A stretch of DNA of 32,039 nt from Thraustochytrium aureum (lineage: Eukaryota): positions 5,018 to 37,056 of the forward strand of contig BLSG01000075.1 in NCBI GenBank assembly GCA_012862495.1. The letters run 5' to 3'. Shown in pieces: positions 29,898 through 32,039 of this stretch. A model generated the notes under the pieces. It had not been told where the DNA came from, made no database searches, and saw only the letters and a list, made by a program, of their open reading frames with translations. The translations under genes and the position numbers were made by a program. Numbering within the stretch: the first letter of the stretch is position 1; each line of letters opens with the position of its first letter.

Positions 29898-31249
29898 TCA
29901 GGGGTGGTGGCCCACGGCATACATCCCCGACGCTTTGACGATCTCGGCGTCTGGGACGTACGCGACGGGCTCGGCAACCAGGATGCCTTCAGCCTCCAAA
30001 ACCTCCTGCGCAGTCGGCAAGCCGCGCAATGCAGCAGACCACGGCCTGTCCGAGCCCCAAGACGCAGAGCGGCGCCGCAGAGTTTGCGCAGAGGGGCTCT
30101 GCTGCGGGACCATACCTCTCGGGCTCCCTTGCTGGGCGTCAAAGGAGCTCGACCGCTTGCGGGCCGGGCCCGCGGGCCTCGGCGCCGTCGAAGGCCGGAG
30201 GGACTGCGGCCGGGATGGGGGGCGCGCATCGCGGGTCGAGGGCTGCCGAGACTGGCGCTTCTGCGCGGGCAGCTTTAGCGTTGCGGTCTTGTGCTTGACC
30301 GTGCCGCTGGGCGGCGGCGCGAGGGTGCGCAGGTCGGGGAAGGGACCGTACGCCGTGATTGGCGCCTTGACCTTGACCTTGCGCTCGCCCGCAAACACCC
30401 TGACGATCACCTTGTGCTGCACGCTCAGCGTTGGCGAGAGCAGCGAGGGGGAGAGAAACGCGAACGGGATGAGCAGCGTCTCGGAGCGGGTCGAGCCCGG
30501 CCTGACCGACATTTTCACCTCCAGGATCTGGCCCTTGTGCTTGATGTTTACCTGGCGGCCCTCGGCGCGGACTACATAGTACCTTTGACGTAGACCTGCA
30601 TGCGGCGGACCAGCGTCCGCGAGGCGTTGCGCATGTGGATCGTGAGGCGGCAGTCCTCGTTGAGCCGATATGCGTCCTTGTCGAACTCGGCGCTAAGCTG
30701 CACGGTGCCGCCCGCCAGGCCCAGCGTCCACCAGCTGCACGTGCGAGCCCGCGATGCGAGCGCAAGCGGGCGCGGGGGCAGCATCGGGTTGGAAAACACC
30801 CTGAAGCGGTACTGGCGCAGCAGATCCGGCGCCTTGCCGGCCTGCGCCAGGCGGACCTGCAGCCAGTACGTAACTGCCCCAAAGCAGTCTCGCTCCCCGG
30901 CGAGCATCACGCTCGCCGGCGCGTTGTCGGGCAGCATCAGCTGAAAGGGAAACTGGTACGTCTTGGCCTTGACCTTGTCGCCCGACCCCGCGGCCACCTG
31001 CACCCTCGTGCGCCCGATGAGGTCCCTCTCCTGCACGGCGGTCCGCTTGCCGCCCTTGGCCTGCGTATCCGCAAACGTCACCCGCGTATGCGCGACGCAG
31101 CCCAGCTCCACGAACACGCCGGTGACCCGCAGGGGCCGCTTCACGACGGCCTGCACATACCCGCGCACACACTGCCCGGCGCGGTACTCTGTCTTCTCCA
31201 GCGCGAGGTCCACGACCGCCGCGGACGCCGTCGACCCCGACGCGCCCAT
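29898..31249 (-). CDS. Arrestin-domain protein (alpha-arrestin-like, Arrestin_N + Arrestin_C) with a Pro/Arg-rich tail, ~450 aa; one frameshift at ~30582
   Basis: N-domain: 'YRAGQCVRGYV', 'TYQFPFQLMLPDNAPAS', 'FGAVTYWLQVRL'. C-domain: 'GTVQLSAEFDKDAYRLNE..LTIHMRNAS', 'PSLLSPTLSVQHKVIVRV'. Length check: 1352 nt + 1 = 451 codons. Confidence 0.87.
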
Positions 31250-32039
31250 TCGCGCCAACAACAACCCGAGGCTCGCAAGGCCGCTCGCCCGCGGCACGGC
31301 ACTGTAGTGCCCCGCGGCCAACTCGCACGCGACACTGTCCACGAATGCCTCGCGCCCAATCGCAAGGTACTCTCCTGAGCTCGTACTTCCTCATTGTAAC
31401 TCTTCCCAACTCTTGAATAATTTTTTTGGGGAGACGAGGGTCTGAGGGGTCTGCGAAGATTCAAGAGAAGAGCGAATCCCACAGTGTGGAAGCAAAAGAT
31501 GTACATCGCTTTGCTTCCTCACAAGTATCTTGGAAATGCACACACTTGAGTGTGGATAGCGATACCACTGTGTGGTTACAGTGGGAATATTTATATGGTT
31601 TTTGCTTGGGTTTTTGCTGTGGAGCTGAGGGGTTTCTGGTTTTTGCCTCTGTTCTGCAGGAAGAAGGCCCGGGAGAGCTTTTGTAAATTTGGTTGGTTTT
31701 GCTGGTCAAGAGTTGCAGTTTGAGAGAGGAAGAAAACAATGTGGATTCCCTCGCGCACCGCAATACCTCCTGTACGTGACGGATCCGCCTCGGCGGACTG
31801 GAGGAATGACAACTGAACCGGTCAGGCGCAGCGCAGCGCAAGTCGGTGTTGCACCCCTGCAGGTCAGGCCTCTGCTCTGCATCTCTCTCCTCCGTGTTCG
31901 ACGGGACGAGGCAAGGGACCGTCTACGAGTGCCCGATGAGGAGTGAAGGGGTGTCGCACGCTTGGGCAAGCGCAGCGCGGTGACGACCCTTACCTCCGCA
32001 TTCCCAGCTCGATCAGGGCATCGTGCTGGGAGCTCCGCC

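Noticed and set aside
7288..31249. Calling the four frameshifted genes pseudogenes
   Set aside because: Key motifs are largely intact, there are no internal nonsense codons once frames are corrected, and the indels cluster in short G/C runs in a gappy assembly.
1..32039. tRNA, rRNA, intact transposon or viral genes
   Set aside because: By eye I found no cloverleaf or rRNA signature and no transposase, reverse transcriptase, integrase or capsid motif. About 3.2 kb is N and cannot be assessed.

Overview
This is a gene-dense, GC-rich, intron-poor eukaryotic (protist-like) genomic scaffold, not prokaryotic DNA: it has GT-AG introns and encodes cohesin SMC3, NatC subunit NAA35 and an alpha-arrestin. 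The lineage cannot be fixed from sequence alone. There are eight N gaps (2209-2909, 6637-6768, 12023-12191, 13721-14473, 17345-17988, 19260-19655, 25111-25475, 27046-27109). About 13 genes lie in this order: tandem-BRCT protein C-terminus (+), NAA35/MAK10 (-), an orphan 225-aa ORF with a degenerate MACPF-like pattern (-), a spliced stand-alone HPt protein (+), a GT34 glycosyltransferase (-), a nitrilase-fold protein lacking the catalytic Cys (-), a multi-pass membrane protein (+), a disordered hypothetical protein (+), a ~4-TM protein (+), a Dictyostelium PdeD/PdeE-like metallo-beta-lactamase + 2x cNMP-binding phosphodiesterase (-), a large EF-hand/WD40/EF-hand protein (+), SMC3 (+) and an arrestin-domain protein (-). 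Seven frameshifts break four genes; most fall in short G/C runs and are most likely base-calling errors. Two long-unit minisatellites lie just downstream of stop codons. All family calls come from motif recognition by eye; no database search was run. The best candidates for something undescribed are the putative minimal MACPF-like ORF, the PdeD/E-type phosphodiesterase and the pseudo-nitrilase.
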